NCBI GenBank assembly: GCA_964472425.1
Contig: CAYYLF010000003.1
Location: forward strand, 1-49,081
DNA length: 49,081 bases
Direction: 5' to 3'
Origin: an uncultured Muribaculaceae bacterium
GTDB lineage: Bacteria > Bacillota_I > Bacilli_A > RF39 > UBA660
Part shown: one piece after another, positions 17,666 through 27,461 of the stretch
Layout of the letters: every line of letters starts with the position of its first letter
Position numbering within the stretch: position 1 is the stretch's first letter
The notes under the pieces: model-generated
Told to the model about the DNA's origin: nothing
The model's input: the letters and a program-made list of their open reading frames with translations, nothing else
Database searches by the model: none
Translations under genes and position numbers: made by a program

Positions 17666-20548
17666 ATGAATTACGTACCGATAAGTTTTAAAACCGATTA
17701 TTCTCTACTCATGAGCACCCTCAAAATTGAGGATATCATTTCCTATGCTCAAAACCGTGAGACCAAATACGTAGGCATTTTAGATGACAATCCCTATGCG
17801 ATTATGGACTTCTTCGACAAATGTCAAAAATGCGACCTCAAAGGCATATTTGGCATGATTGTGAAAATAGGAACGAACAAAATATACTTGTACATCGAAA
17901 ACTACGAAGGCTACAAAAACATCATCAAAATAAACGAACTAGCCGGCGAGAACAAACTGACTATCGACGCCCTCATCAAATACAATGCGGGTCTTTTGTG
18001 CGTCCTTCCTTACGGGCAATACCATCTCTACAACAGATTCACTTCTGCTTTCCGCGTCTATTTGGGTTATGCAAACCAAGCCGAACTTCGTGGAGCCATT
18101 CAAATAACCGACCGCGTACTTTTCGTAAACGAGATAACCTACATCCCGAAGACGGACGCACCACTAGCCAGAATGCTCGCCAAAATTGCCGGATACGAAT
18201 ACGTCGAAGGCGAAAACTACGTCCTCGACGCGACCGAATACGACATAGAAACCATCGACAACTTCGCAGCTTTATGCAACTTAGAATTCGATTTTGGCCG
18301 ACGTTACATCCCCAAATTTTGTGCGACCGGAGAAGAATCGAAAAAACTTCTCTATACTCTTGCCAACAAAGGCCTCGCCAAAAGGCTAGGGGGACAAGTC
18401 CCTAAAAAATATAGTGATAGACTCGCTTACGAACTCGACATCATAGACCGCATGGGATTCGTCGACTACTTTTTGATAGTATACGACTACGTCAAATTTG
18501 CCAAGAAAAACGACATATACGTGGGACCGGGTAGGGGAAGTGCGGCTGGTTCCCTCGTCTCGTATACCCTCGGCATAACCGAAATTGACCCTATCGAATA
18601 CGACCTTCTCTTCGAACGCTTCCTAAATCCGGAACGTATAACCATGCCGGATATAGACATGGACTTCGAGGACATAAAGAGAACAAAAGTCATAGACTAC
18701 GTCAAAAACAAATACGGTAAAAAAAGAGTATCCTTGATAGTAGCCTACGGAACTTTCGGCTGCCGCCAAGCCGTGCGAGACGTCGGCAAAATCTTCGGCA
18801 TAGAGGACAAGGTGATAGGCGAACTTTCGAAAAAATTGGATGTCAAAAAGACCCTCAAAGAAAATGCGAGCAATCCTGAAGTCAGTTCCTTCGTGAAGAC
18901 TCACAACCTCGAAAAGATTTACAAACTTTCCATGCGCTTAGAAGGCCTAAAGAAAAATACGACCATCCACGCGGCCGGAGTAGTCATATCTTCGGAAAAC
19001 TTGGACGAACTCATTCCGACTTTCGAGACGGGAGCCGGCATTTTGACCGGATTTACCATGGAATACCTAGAAAAACTCGGTCTTCTGAAGATGGATTTCC
19101 TCGCCATCCGCAATCTGACCACGATTCACAACACGGTGAGACTCATCCACAAAGTGCATCCGAACTTCGACTTGAAGAAAGTTCCTTTGAACGACGCAAA
19201 AACTTATGCATCCATCTTCAAAAGGGCAAACACCGACAACGTTTTTCAGTTCGATACTCCTGGTATGAAAAATTTCCTTCGTAAACTCGAACCCGAAAAC
19301 TTCGACGACTTAATCGCCGCCATCGCCCTTTTTAGGCCGGGTCCTATGCAGAACATCGACGAATACATCGCGAGAAGAAAGGGACAGAAAAAAGTCACTT
19401 ACCTTCATCCCGACCTCGAACCGATTCTCAAAAGTACCTACGGCATAATCATCTATCAAGAGCAGATAATGCAAATACTATCGACGATGGGCGGATACTC
19501 CTATGCCGAGGCCGACCTCATTCGCCGAGCGATGAGCAAAAAGAAAAAAGAAGTCATGGTCGACGAACGAATCAAATTCGCTAATCGTTCTTGCGAAAAA
19601 GGATACGCCCGCGACCTCGCCGAAAAAGTGTACGACCTCATCTTGCGCTTCGCCGATTATGGATTCAACAAATCTCATTCGGTCGCCTATGCTATAGTCG
19701 CCTACCAAATGGCCTATCTGAAAGCCAACTACATGGAACAATTTCAAGTCAATACCTTAAACATGAATTTAGGAAGCGAAAAAAAGACCAAAGACGTCAT
19801 AGACGACGCCCGCAACAAAGGTCTCAAAATTGCTCGCCCGAACGTCAACACGAGCAAAAAAGAATACGTCATCACGGAAGGGAAAGTCATTCTTCCTCTC
19901 ACCTCCATAAAGAACATCTCTTCTGCCCAAAGTCAAGCCGTAGTCGATAACCAACCTTACGAAGACTACTTCGACTTTTTCAAAAAGACCTATCAGAAAG
20001 GCTTGAACAAAGTGGCTATCGAAAACCTCATCAAAGCAGGCGCACTGGAAGACTTTAGCTCATCCAAAAACACTCTTCTTTCCAACATCGACACGGCGAC
20101 GACTTATATAGAACTGATTAACAGCCTAGACGAATCCCTGATAATGAAACCCGAACTGGAAATTTCTACGGAACCCGACGAAGAATATTCCGAATTGGAA
20201 ATATTCGGTTTCTACGTATCTGGCCATCCGGCGAGCAAATATCAGAAGAAAGGAATCATCAAAATTGTCGATTTTGCAAAATACATGAATAAAAGAGTAG
20301 AAGTCGTCGCCCTTGTGGATAAAGTCAAAGTTATCGACACCAAAAAGGGAGAAAAGATGGCTTTCGTTCAATTGAACGACGAGACGGGCTCGATAGATGC
20401 CGTCATCTTCCCTAAAAATAACGACATGATAGAAAAGATAATTTTAGACAATCTAAATAGATTCACTGCCACGATAAGTAAGCGAAACGACGAAATACAA
20501 CTGATACTCGAAAATATCAAAGACTTAGACGAACCGAACGCCGAATGA
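17666..20548 (+). CDS. dnaE: DNA polymerase III alpha subunit DnaE
   Basis: GPGRGSAAGS, LLFERFLNPER, PDIDMDF, HAAGVVI, GLLKMDFL, YGFNKSH and C-terminal OB fold; ATG 17666 after AAGGAG. Confidence 0.97.
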   Translation: MNYVPISFKTDYSLLMSTLKIEDIISYAQNRETKYVGILDDNPYAIMDFFDKCQKCDLKGIFGMIVKIGTNKIYLYIENYEGYKNIIKINELAGENKLTIDALIKYNAGLLCVLPYGQYHLYNRFTSAFRVYLGYANQAELRGAIQITDRVLFVNEITYIPKTDAPLARMLAKIAGYEYVEGENYVLDATEYDIETIDNFAALCNLEFDFGRRYIPKFCATGEESKKLLYTLANKGLAKRLGGQVPKKYSDRLAYELDIIDRMGFVDYFLIVYDYVKFAKKNDIYVGPGRGSAAGSLVSYTLGITEIDPIEYDLLFERFLNPERITMPDIDMDFEDIKRTKVIDYVKNKYGKKRVSLIVAYGTFGCRQAVRDVGKIFGIEDKVIGELSKKLDVKKTLKENASNPEVSSFVKTHNLEKIYKLSMRLEGLKKNTTIHAAGVVISSENLDELIPTFETGAGILTGFTMEYLEKLGLLKMDFLAIRNLTTIHNTVRLIHKVHPNFDLKKVPLNDAKTYASIFKRANTDNVFQFDTPGMKNFLRKLEPENFDDLIAAIALFRPGPMQNIDEYIARRKGQKKVTYLHPDLEPILKSTYGIIIYQEQIMQILSTMGGYSYAEADLIRRAMSKKKKEVMVDERIKFANRSCEKGYARDLAEKVYDLILRFADYGFNKSHSVAYAIVAYQMAYLKANYMEQFQVNTLNMNLGSEKKTKDVIDDARNKGLKIARPNVNTSKKEYVITEGKVILPLTSIKNISSAQSQAVVDNQPYEDYFDFFKKTYQKGLNKVAIENLIKAGALEDFSSSKNTLLSNIDTATTYIELINSLDESLIMKPELEISTEPDEEYSELEIFGFYVSGHPASKYQKKGIIKIVDFAKYMNKRVEVVALVDKVKVIDTKKGEKMAFVQLNDETGSIDAVIFPKNNDMIEKIILDNLNRFTATISKRNDEIQLILENIKDLDEPNAE

Positions 20549-20576
20549 TGATACGAAAAGAAAGGTAGAAAACGAT

Positions 20577-20936
20577 ATGAAAAAAATTCTAATAATAATT
20601 TGTCTTGCCATTACATTGTGCGGATGTGCCAAAGAAAACACTCAAAACCCCAAAGATACATCTACTCAAACTATTGAAAAGATACTCGCCGAAGACGACT
20701 ATGTCGTCGTCGATGTTCGAACCAAAGAAGAATTCGACACTAGTCACGTAGTCGGCTCTCTAAACATACCGTACGACAGTATCGACGAAAACGTCGAACT
20801 CGATAAAGAGAGAACCATTTTGGTTTATTGCCAAAGTGGTCGTCGAAGTGCCATCGCTGCCAAAACATTAAAAAACCTAGGTTACGACGTCTACGACCTC
20901 GGAGCCTACGATTCCATAACACTAGAAAAAAATTAA
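20577..20936 (+). CDS. Rhodanese-like domain lipoprotein
   Basis: Lipobox LCGC; VDVRT.EEF...HV.G, YCQSGRRS active loop. Confidence 0.9.
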   Translation: MKKILIIICLAITLCGCAKENTQNPKDTSTQTIEKILAEDDYVVVDVRTKEEFDTSHVVGSLNIPYDSIDENVELDKERTILVYCQSGRRSAIAAKTLKNLGYDVYDLGAYDSITLEKN

Positions 20937-20999
20937 AATGCCGTTTTGGCATTTTTTTCGACTGTTTTCCATATTAGTTAAAGTACTTTTTGAATACGT

Positions 21000-22115
21000 T
21001 TATTCATCGATGGATTCTTCAATGGATTTCATAACCAACGTCTTGGACCTATGCGAGTTGTAGCTTTTAGTAAAAAAGTAGACATCCTTAAATAATTGTG
21101 AAACTCCAGCAAATGGATTTTTATCTAGGTCCTGTCCTTCTTGCCCTGGATAATAACTGTCCAAATAACTTGCTAAACCCTTTGCTAAAACATCGCCATT
21201 TTCTAAAATGACTAACCCATCTACGAAAGATGACAACCACTCGTGAACGGGAGCAATTCTGAGGCAGCCCTCGAAAAGATTGGCTACCTCGGCAAATTGC
21301 ATTTCGCTCTTTTCTATTTCCGCTAATCGGCTTGTCACATAATCGCGTATCTCAAAAGGCAATTCGATTCCTTTTTCTTGTATGATTGTCAAGACATTTC
21401 GTGCTCGTTCTTTTGCAGCCCAGCTACCACACTCCAATAACGTTTTGAGAGAATCTTCATCTAAATATTTTGCTCCTGCCTCGATATGCTGACGAATTCT
21501 ACTCTCAAAAGAACTATCGCCCTTTGCCACTCTCCCTATATATTCGTTCAAAAGATACGTATGTTCTTCCTTTGGCAAAGACTCATTTCCAAAAAAGTAT
21601 GCGTCGTAAAAATTGACGTACGGACAACCCATAATATATTTGCTAACACTAGAAGACCTGTCGTACTTCGTCTTCTTGAGCAACTCACAAATTTTTTCGC
21701 TCAGTTTTCTTTTGTAATCTTCCGACAACAAATCTCCACAATCGCGGAAAAATTCGATGAGTTCTATGCTGAGAGGAAGCAAATTTGCACAACATCCTCC
21801 CATGACTGACACTCGCTCGAGCATTCTTTCGAAAGACACTTTCATCTCGGGATAATCGTTCGTCAAGATTCTAATCGAACCCGTACTTATCGACAAACTA
21901 GACAAATCGACTAACCCCTCGTCCGCTGCGTCTTCGATGCGGTCTATCCTGTCACATATATGCTGGCACGTCTCTATGTACTTACCAAAATTCCCTCTAT
22001 CGACAACTGCTCCAAAAACACTCGCGCGATTTCTTCTCAAATCGAAAATCAAATCGAAGATATCTCCCTCGGCACATATCGTTTTATATTCCATCCTATT
22101 TTCTAAACATTCCAT
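21000..22115 (-). CDS. Hypothetical helical protein
   Basis: 371-aa ORF with AGGAGG RBS; no recognised motif. Confidence 0.75.
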   Translation of the reverse strand: MECLENRMEYKTICAEGDIFDLIFDLRRNRASVFGAVVDRGNFGKYIETCQHICDRIDRIEDAADEGLVDLSSLSISTGSIRILTNDYPEMKVSFERMLERVSVMGGCCANLLPLSIELIEFFRDCGDLLSEDYKRKLSEKICELLKKTKYDRSSSVSKYIMGCPYVNFYDAYFFGNESLPKEEHTYLLNEYIGRVAKGDSSFESRIRQHIEAGAKYLDEDSLKTLLECGSWAAKERARNVLTIIQEKGIELPFEIRDYVTSRLAEIEKSEMQFAEVANLFEGCLRIAPVHEWLSSFVDGLVILENGDVLAKGLASYLDSYYPGQEGQDLDKNPFAGVSQLFKDVYFFTKSYNSHRSKTLVMKSIEESIDE

Positions 22116-22203
22116 TTTTACCTCCTGAATTATACATTCATTGTAACATATAACCGTCCTTTTGAAAAGAAAAAAAGTCCATTAATAGGACTCTCCAATT
22201 CGA

Positions 22204-22743
22204 TTAATAATTCGTAGCTTGTAATTCCATGTAAGACTCGGCATGCTTGCAAACTGGACATATCTTCAACGCGTCTTTACCGTAGTAAACGTGTCCACAG
22301 TTGCGGCAAATCCAAACCTTGTCCTCGTCCTTGTGGAAAACTTTATCTCCTTCCACATTTCCGAGCAAAGTTAAATATCTCTCCTCGTGATGTTTCTCGA
22401 TTTCTCCGACCATTTCGAAAAGTCTCGCGATTTGGTCGAAACCTTCCTCTTTAGCAGTCGCTGCGAACTCTTTGTACATATCTGTCCACTCGTAGTTCTC
22501 GCCCGCGGCCGCATCCTTCAAATTCTCGATAGTAGAAGGTACAGCCCCACCGTGCAATTCTTTGAACCACATCTTCGCGTGCTCTTTCTCGTTGTTTGCA
22601 GTCTCCTCGAAAATGGCCGCGATTTGCTCATAACCATCCTTTCTTGCCTGACTAGCATAATAAGTATACTTATTTCTAGCCTGTGACTCGCCTGCGAATG
22701 CTGCCATCAAATTGGCTTCTGTCTTGCTTCCTTTTAGTTCCAT
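22204..22743 (-). CDS. rbr: Rubrerythrin
   Basis: [22 protein letters not shown] diiron ligands; CRNCG...CPVC rubredoxin domain. Confidence 0.95.
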   Translation of the reverse strand: MELKGSKTEANLMAAFAGESQARNKYTYYASQARKDGYEQIAAIFEETANNEKEHAKMWFKELHGGAVPSTIENLKDAAAGENYEWTDMYKEFAATAKEEGFDQIARLFEMVGEIEKHHEERYLTLLGNVEGDKVFHKDEDKVWICRNCGHVYYGKDALKICPVCKHAESYMELQATNY

Positions 22744-23056
22744 AAATAACTTCCTTTCTTTTCACTATTGTTTCAAGTGATTACGAAATAAAGTATACCA
22801 TAAGAGCGAGAAAATTCAAGAGGATTTTAATGTTTAAAATAGTTTGTTCTCATATAGCTCCCCAAAAATCATCACAGCACCGTACTTTTTTGGAGTTATC
22901 TATGAGTTCTTATGAATTTTTCTCAAGAAAACCTCGATAAATCCTGATGAATAAAACTCAAAATAGTCGGACTTTTATCTAAAGATGGTTCTTTTCGACA
23001 AAAGTTACTACCACTTTTCCACATTTTCCTGTATAATTGAAGACGGGTGAAACATT

Positions 23057-24367
23057 ATGTTTGAATATATGGGAGACCGAATTAACAATGCGATAAAAAA
23101 TATAAGGGGCTTAGGCAAAATAACCGAAGCTAACATCGACGAGGCAGTCCGCGAAATACGGATGGCCCTTTTGGAGGCCGACGTCAACTTCGAAGTCACG
23201 AAACAATTCGTTGCCAACGTCAAAGAAAAAGCTCTCGGCATGGAAGTCGGCAAAAGCATCAAACCGGACGAGCTGTTCATCAAAATAGTGCGAGACGAGC
23301 TCGTCGCTCTTCTAGGTGAAGAAGAAACTCCACTAGTAACTACCAGTAATCCTACTATCATAATGATGGTCGGTCTTCAAGGTAGTGGTAAGACTACGAC
23401 GAGCGGGAAAATTGCCAACTATGTCCGCAAAAAATGTGGAAAAAAGCCACTCCTCGTCGCCTGCGACGTCTATAGACCGGCCGCGATTGACCAATTGAAA
23501 TCTTTAGGAAAATCTTTGAACATTCCGGTATACGATGAAGGTACGGATAAGACGCCAAACGAAATCATTGCGAACGCTCTAAACTATGCCAAAGAAAACT
23601 CGAACGATTTCGTCATCGTAGATACGGCCGGACGTCTTCAAATAGATGAACATCTCATGGACGAACTCGTCGGCATAAGCGAAAACTTCCATCTCGACGA
23701 AATCCTACTCGTCATAGATGCCATGATGGGACAAGATGCCATAAATGTGATAAGAGGATTCGACGACAAATTGAAACTCACGGGAGCCATTCTAACCAAA
23801 ATGGACGGAAATACCAAGGGTGGAGTCGCACTTTCCGTAAGACACCTCACCAACGTACCTATCAAATTTATAGGTGACTCCGAGAAAATGGACGGACTCA
23901 CGTCCTTCGACCCAAAACGGATGGCCGACCGCATTCTCGACATGGGTGACATCCTCTCCATTGCTGAGAAGGTCGAAGAATCGATAGACATCGACGAAGC
24001 CACCGACCTCGCCAAAAAGATGCAAAAAGGCAAATTCGACCTCGAAGACTTCTTGAATACCATGAAACAAATCAAAAAACTTGGTCCTCTCGAAAACCTA
24101 TTGAAGATGCTTCCAGGTGCTCGAAATGCGGGGCTGGCAAACGTCCAAATAGACCCTAAAGAAATGGCTCACCTAGAAGCCATCATCCTCTCGATGACCA
24201 AATACGAAAGACGTCACCCCGAGGAAATAAAACACTCCCGCAAGCAGAGAATATCCAAAGGATGCGGTCGAAGTGTCGAAGAAATCAATAGACTCCTCAC
24301 TCAATTCGAGCAAATGAAAAAGATGATGAAACAGATGACCAACGGAAATATGAAAATGCCATTTTGA
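23057..24367 (+). CDS. ffh: Signal recognition particle protein Ffh
   Basis: ALLEADV, GLQGSGKTT, DTAGR, TKMDG..KGG, Met-rich M domain. Confidence 0.97.
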   Translation: MFEYMGDRINNAIKNIRGLGKITEANIDEAVREIRMALLEADVNFEVTKQFVANVKEKALGMEVGKSIKPDELFIKIVRDELVALLGEEETPLVTTSNPTIIMMVGLQGSGKTTTSGKIANYVRKKCGKKPLLVACDVYRPAAIDQLKSLGKSLNIPVYDEGTDKTPNEIIANALNYAKENSNDFVIVDTAGRLQIDEHLMDELVGISENFHLDEILLVIDAMMGQDAINVIRGFDDKLKLTGAILTKMDGNTKGGVALSVRHLTNVPIKFIGDSEKMDGLTSFDPKRMADRILDMGDILSIAEKVEESIDIDEATDLAKKMQKGKFDLEDFLNTMKQIKKLGPLENLLKMLPGARNAGLANVQIDPKEMAHLEAIILSMTKYERRHPEEIKHSRKQRISKGCGRSVEEINRLLTQFEQMKKMMKQMTNGNMKMPF

Positions 24368-24680
24368 CTATACGCATAACGCAAGACCAAAACAGGTCTT
24401 TTTTTCTATTGTTTAGTTCCCTCAACCGAGCAAAAAAAACGATTAAAAACCCAAATAAAAACTTATACAAAAATCTTCTTTTTGCCAAATCGCGATTTTT
24501 GCAACTTTTTCTTTTATTTACAGGGACTCACACGTGTTGACAAACCCTATGTGATGTATTTTAATATTAACTCGAAGAGACATTCCTTCTGGTCGTTTAG
24601 CTTATCCTTTTATATGAGAAAAATCTCAGGAGGATTTTGGAAACAAAATTACAAATTAGAAATAAAAGGAGTTGTTAGGT

Positions 24681-24758
24681 ATGAAAAGAGAAACTTTCTA
24701 CCGCACGGTCATTTTCCTACTTCTATGGGCAATCATATTGCTCGTCCAAGCAAGGTAA
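24681..24758 (+). CDS. 25-aa single-TM peptide, candidate type I toxin
   Basis: MKRETFYRTVIFLLLWAIILLVQAR; AAGGAG RBS 24666-24671; TTGACA at 24537 implies a ~110-nt leader. Confidence 0.65.
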   Translation: MKRETFYRTVIFLLLWAIILLVQAR

Positions 24759-24764
24759 AAAGCC

Positions 24765-24861
24765 AAAACAAAAAGCAACGACTAGACTCCTAAAGATTCT
24801 AGTCTCTTGCTAACCCACTAAGGAAAGCAACGACCTCGATAGGTGTGCGCTTCCTACTTAC
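24765..24861 (-). ncRNA. Candidate convergent antisense (antitoxin) RNA
   Basis: Minus-strand TTGTTA (24897-24892), 18 bp, TATAAT (24873-24868); hairpin 24774-24811 followed by a minus-strand T-run. Confidence 0.45.
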
Positions 24862-24953
24862 GATTACATTATAATTTGATACGAAATACGATAACAAAAG
24901 ATTGCACTTTTCTCACTTTAATTTTATAATGAATATACGAGGAAGTGTAGACG

Positions 24954-26084
24954 ATGAAGAAACAGGATACAGAAATCAAAAAAGAAAATGTAAAAGACAA
25001 CTACAACTATGGCGTAGACATTTTGAAAATAATCGCCACATTCATGATAATAGGAATGCACATTCTCGGCCAAGGCGGCCTAATCGGAGGAACCACCGTA
25101 GGAAGCGCCAACTACTACATCGTATGGATAATCGAAGCAATATGCTTCGGAGCAGTCAATCTGTACGGGCTCAGCACGGGCTACCTGTGCGTAAAAAAAG
25201 ATGTGAAAACTTCCGGCCTCATAAAACGCTGGCTCCAAGTCTTCTTCTACACCGTATTTTTTACAGCCTTGTTCGCCATTCTCATGCCGGGAGTCGTCTC
25301 TTTAAAGTCCTGGATAAAAGCCATCATCCCCGTGACAGCTAATCAATATTGGTACTTCACTCAATACTTCATGCTCTTCTTTGCCATTCCTGGACTCAAC
25401 AAGATGCTTAAGAACATGGACCAAAAGAGCATCAAAAAACTCATCCTTGCCATCCTCTTAGTCCTTTGCCTCATTCCATCGATAAGACAATTTGACCTCT
25501 TCTTGACGGGATTCGGCTACTCGGGACTATGGCTCATTGCCATGTACATTATAGGAGGATACTTCTCACTTTACAAAGATGAAATTTACTACTCGAAAAA
25601 GGGCCTCTGGATAACTTTGATTGTATGTAACGTCCTCACCATCGCAAGTAAATACATCGTCGACATAATCTTGCACGTCGAAATAAACGACTTCTCTCAA
25701 CTCGCCCTCATCAGTTACACATCCGTCACAGTCGTAATCGCATCTATCGCGATACTTCTCCTTTGCACGAATCTAAAAATAGAGAAGGGCAAAAAACCTA
25801 TAAAATTCTTGGGAAAACTCACCTTCGGAGTATACCTCTTCCACGTAAACGCGTTCATCTGGAACCACATTCTAAAAGAACTTTTCCTACCTTTGAGTAC
25901 TTGGAATCCGGTTCTCATGATTCTTGGAATCGTAGGCGGTGCACTTGCCATCTTCGCAGTCGCGGCCATCTTCGAATACCTAAGAATAAAATTCTTCGAG
26001 GTCGCGCGTTTGAACAAACTGGGAGACTGGTGTGGAAACAAGATAGACTACGTTTTAGACAATTACATTTTGAAAAGACTGTAA
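24954..26084 (+). CDS. Acyltransferase family 3 (OafA/WecH-like) membrane O-acyltransferase
   Basis: N.G.DILKIIA.FMII.MH, AVNL....TGY, YWYF..Y, YIIGGY, TFGVYLFH; ~10 TMs. Confidence 0.88.
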   Translation: MKKQDTEIKKENVKDNYNYGVDILKIIATFMIIGMHILGQGGLIGGTTVGSANYYIVWIIEAICFGAVNLYGLSTGYLCVKKDVKTSGLIKRWLQVFFYTVFFTALFAILMPGVVSLKSWIKAIIPVTANQYWYFTQYFMLFFAIPGLNKMLKNMDQKSIKKLILAILLVLCLIPSIRQFDLFLTGFGYSGLWLIAMYIIGGYFSLYKDEIYYSKKGLWITLIVCNVLTIASKYIVDIILHVEINDFSQLALISYTSVTVVIASIAILLLCTNLKIEKGKKPIKFLGKLTFGVYLFHVNAFIWNHILKELFLPLSTWNPVLMILGIVGGALAIFAVAAIFEYLRIKFFEVARLNKLGDWCGNKIDYVLDNYILKRL

Positions 26085-26153
26085 TTGTTTTTCTTTGACT
26101 TAATTGTCTTTATGATGTATTATAATACCCAGAAATCGAAAAGGGGGAAAATC

Positions 26154-27002
26154 ATGAAAGAAGAACTATTACTCAAAAACTCGAAAGTCCCAACTTTAGA
26201 AGTGGACAAATTCCGAAAAGAATTCTTATACGACTACCAAGGCTCTGGCTCCGAAGGATACGTTTACGGCTATGACAAGAAGACTGCTTTCAAAATATTC
26301 TTCCCGTTCACCAGTCTTCAAAAACGCATCCTAAAACTTCGCAAAATAGAACTCATGTGTTCGCTCAAAGATGAATCATTCGCCTTTCCGCAGGGATTTA
26401 CAGGATTTCAAGACGGTTTCAAAGAGGGCTACTTCATGCCAAGAATACATAAAAACGAACAATATCCGACCTTCGCGGAAGCGAGAACAGACGATGACCA
26501 AACCGAAAGAATCAGTCTCATCATGAAAGGAGACGCGGCCGTCCAAAGAACACATCGAAAGGGTGTAATAATAGGCGACATCAAAGAAAACAACATACTA
26601 ATAGACCGGGAATGGAACCCCGTATTCGTCGATACGGACAACTATGTGTACGGCGACTATGGCTTCGACCTAAAATTCGAAAGAGCATCTTGGCCCGTCA
26701 AACTATACAAAAAACCGTTCTCGCCGATGGACCGCGATAAGTTTCTCTACGCACTAGTTTCTATCAAGTGTTTACTTCGCGACGTGCATATAATTGAATA
26801 CGAAAGCCCCGAATTCTTTCGAGAACTGATTTCTGCTTTAAATGTAAGCAAAGAAGTCAAAAATGGACTAACTGCTATCTTCTCGGACAGCAAAGGCAAG
26901 CCCTACATCGGTTCCATCCTCGAAGAAATCGATTCGAATACGCGACTCCTATCCATGAAATCAATCAAAAAATTGAATATGAAACCGAAGGCAAATACCT
27001 AA
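26154..27002 (+). CDS. Stand-alone protein kinase-like protein
   Basis: Gly loop GSGSEGYVY, AFKIF, H..GVIIGDIKENNILI, VDTD in place of DFG; ATG 26154 after a GGGGG RBS. Confidence 0.8.
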   Translation: MKEELLLKNSKVPTLEVDKFRKEFLYDYQGSGSEGYVYGYDKKTAFKIFFPFTSLQKRILKLRKIELMCSLKDESFAFPQGFTGFQDGFKEGYFMPRIHKNEQYPTFAEARTDDDQTERISLIMKGDAAVQRTHRKGVIIGDIKENNILIDREWNPVFVDTDNYVYGDYGFDLKFERASWPVKLYKKPFSPMDRDKFLYALVSIKCLLRDVHIIEYESPEFFRELISALNVSKEVKNGLTAIFSDSKGKPYIGSILEEIDSNTRLLSMKSIKKLNMKPKANT

Positions 27003-27029
27003 CCATTTTCGAGTATGAGACATAAGATA
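27002..27029 (+). promoter_or_regulatory. Sigma-K-like promoter
   Basis: ACC (27002-27004), 16 bp, CATAAGATA (27021-27029). Confidence 0.55.
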
Positions 27030-27053
27030 CACTAGAAAGGAAAGTGTATTTTT

Positions 27054-27383
27054 ATGTTTAGAAATAGATGTTGCGATAGACCGATGGGAAATACTTTCAA
27101 TGGCGGAAACTATGCAAATCAAAATGCGGCGACTATGGAATACCCTGCAGCTATGCCTATGATGAACGCCGGTGGATGTGGATGCGACATGCCACCTGTT
27201 CAAGAATGCCCTCAAGAGAGAGTTTGCCACCGAGAAATCGTCTGTAACGTCCCTCACATCGTGCCTATAAACACGAGAATAATCAATCATTACATCTACA
27301 AACACACCTATACTCCTTGCTATACTTGCTGCGAGGAAAACGAAGTCACGAACGTATACGACAATTGTCCAAACAACTTCTAA
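27054..27383 (+). CDS. CotD-like Cys/His/Pro-rich spore coat protein
   Basis: VPHIVPINTRIINHYIYKHTYTP resembles the CotD core; Cys-rich; GAAAGGA RBS. Confidence 0.7.
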   Translation: MFRNRCCDRPMGNTFNGGNYANQNAATMEYPAAMPMMNAGGCGCDMPPVQECPQERVCHREIVCNVPHIVPINTRIINHYIYKHTYTPCYTCCEENEVTNVYDNCPNNF

Positions 27384-27461
27384 AGCGATTGACCGGCCGA
27401 GCCGGTTTTTCTATGAAAATGTGACAAACAAAAAGAACAAACCTGCTTTTTGCCGAACTAC

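Noticed and set aside
24482-24793. 103-aa ORF from the track
   Set aside because: No RBS and an implausible sequence; the 25-aa ORF in another frame has a strong RBS and a coherent context.
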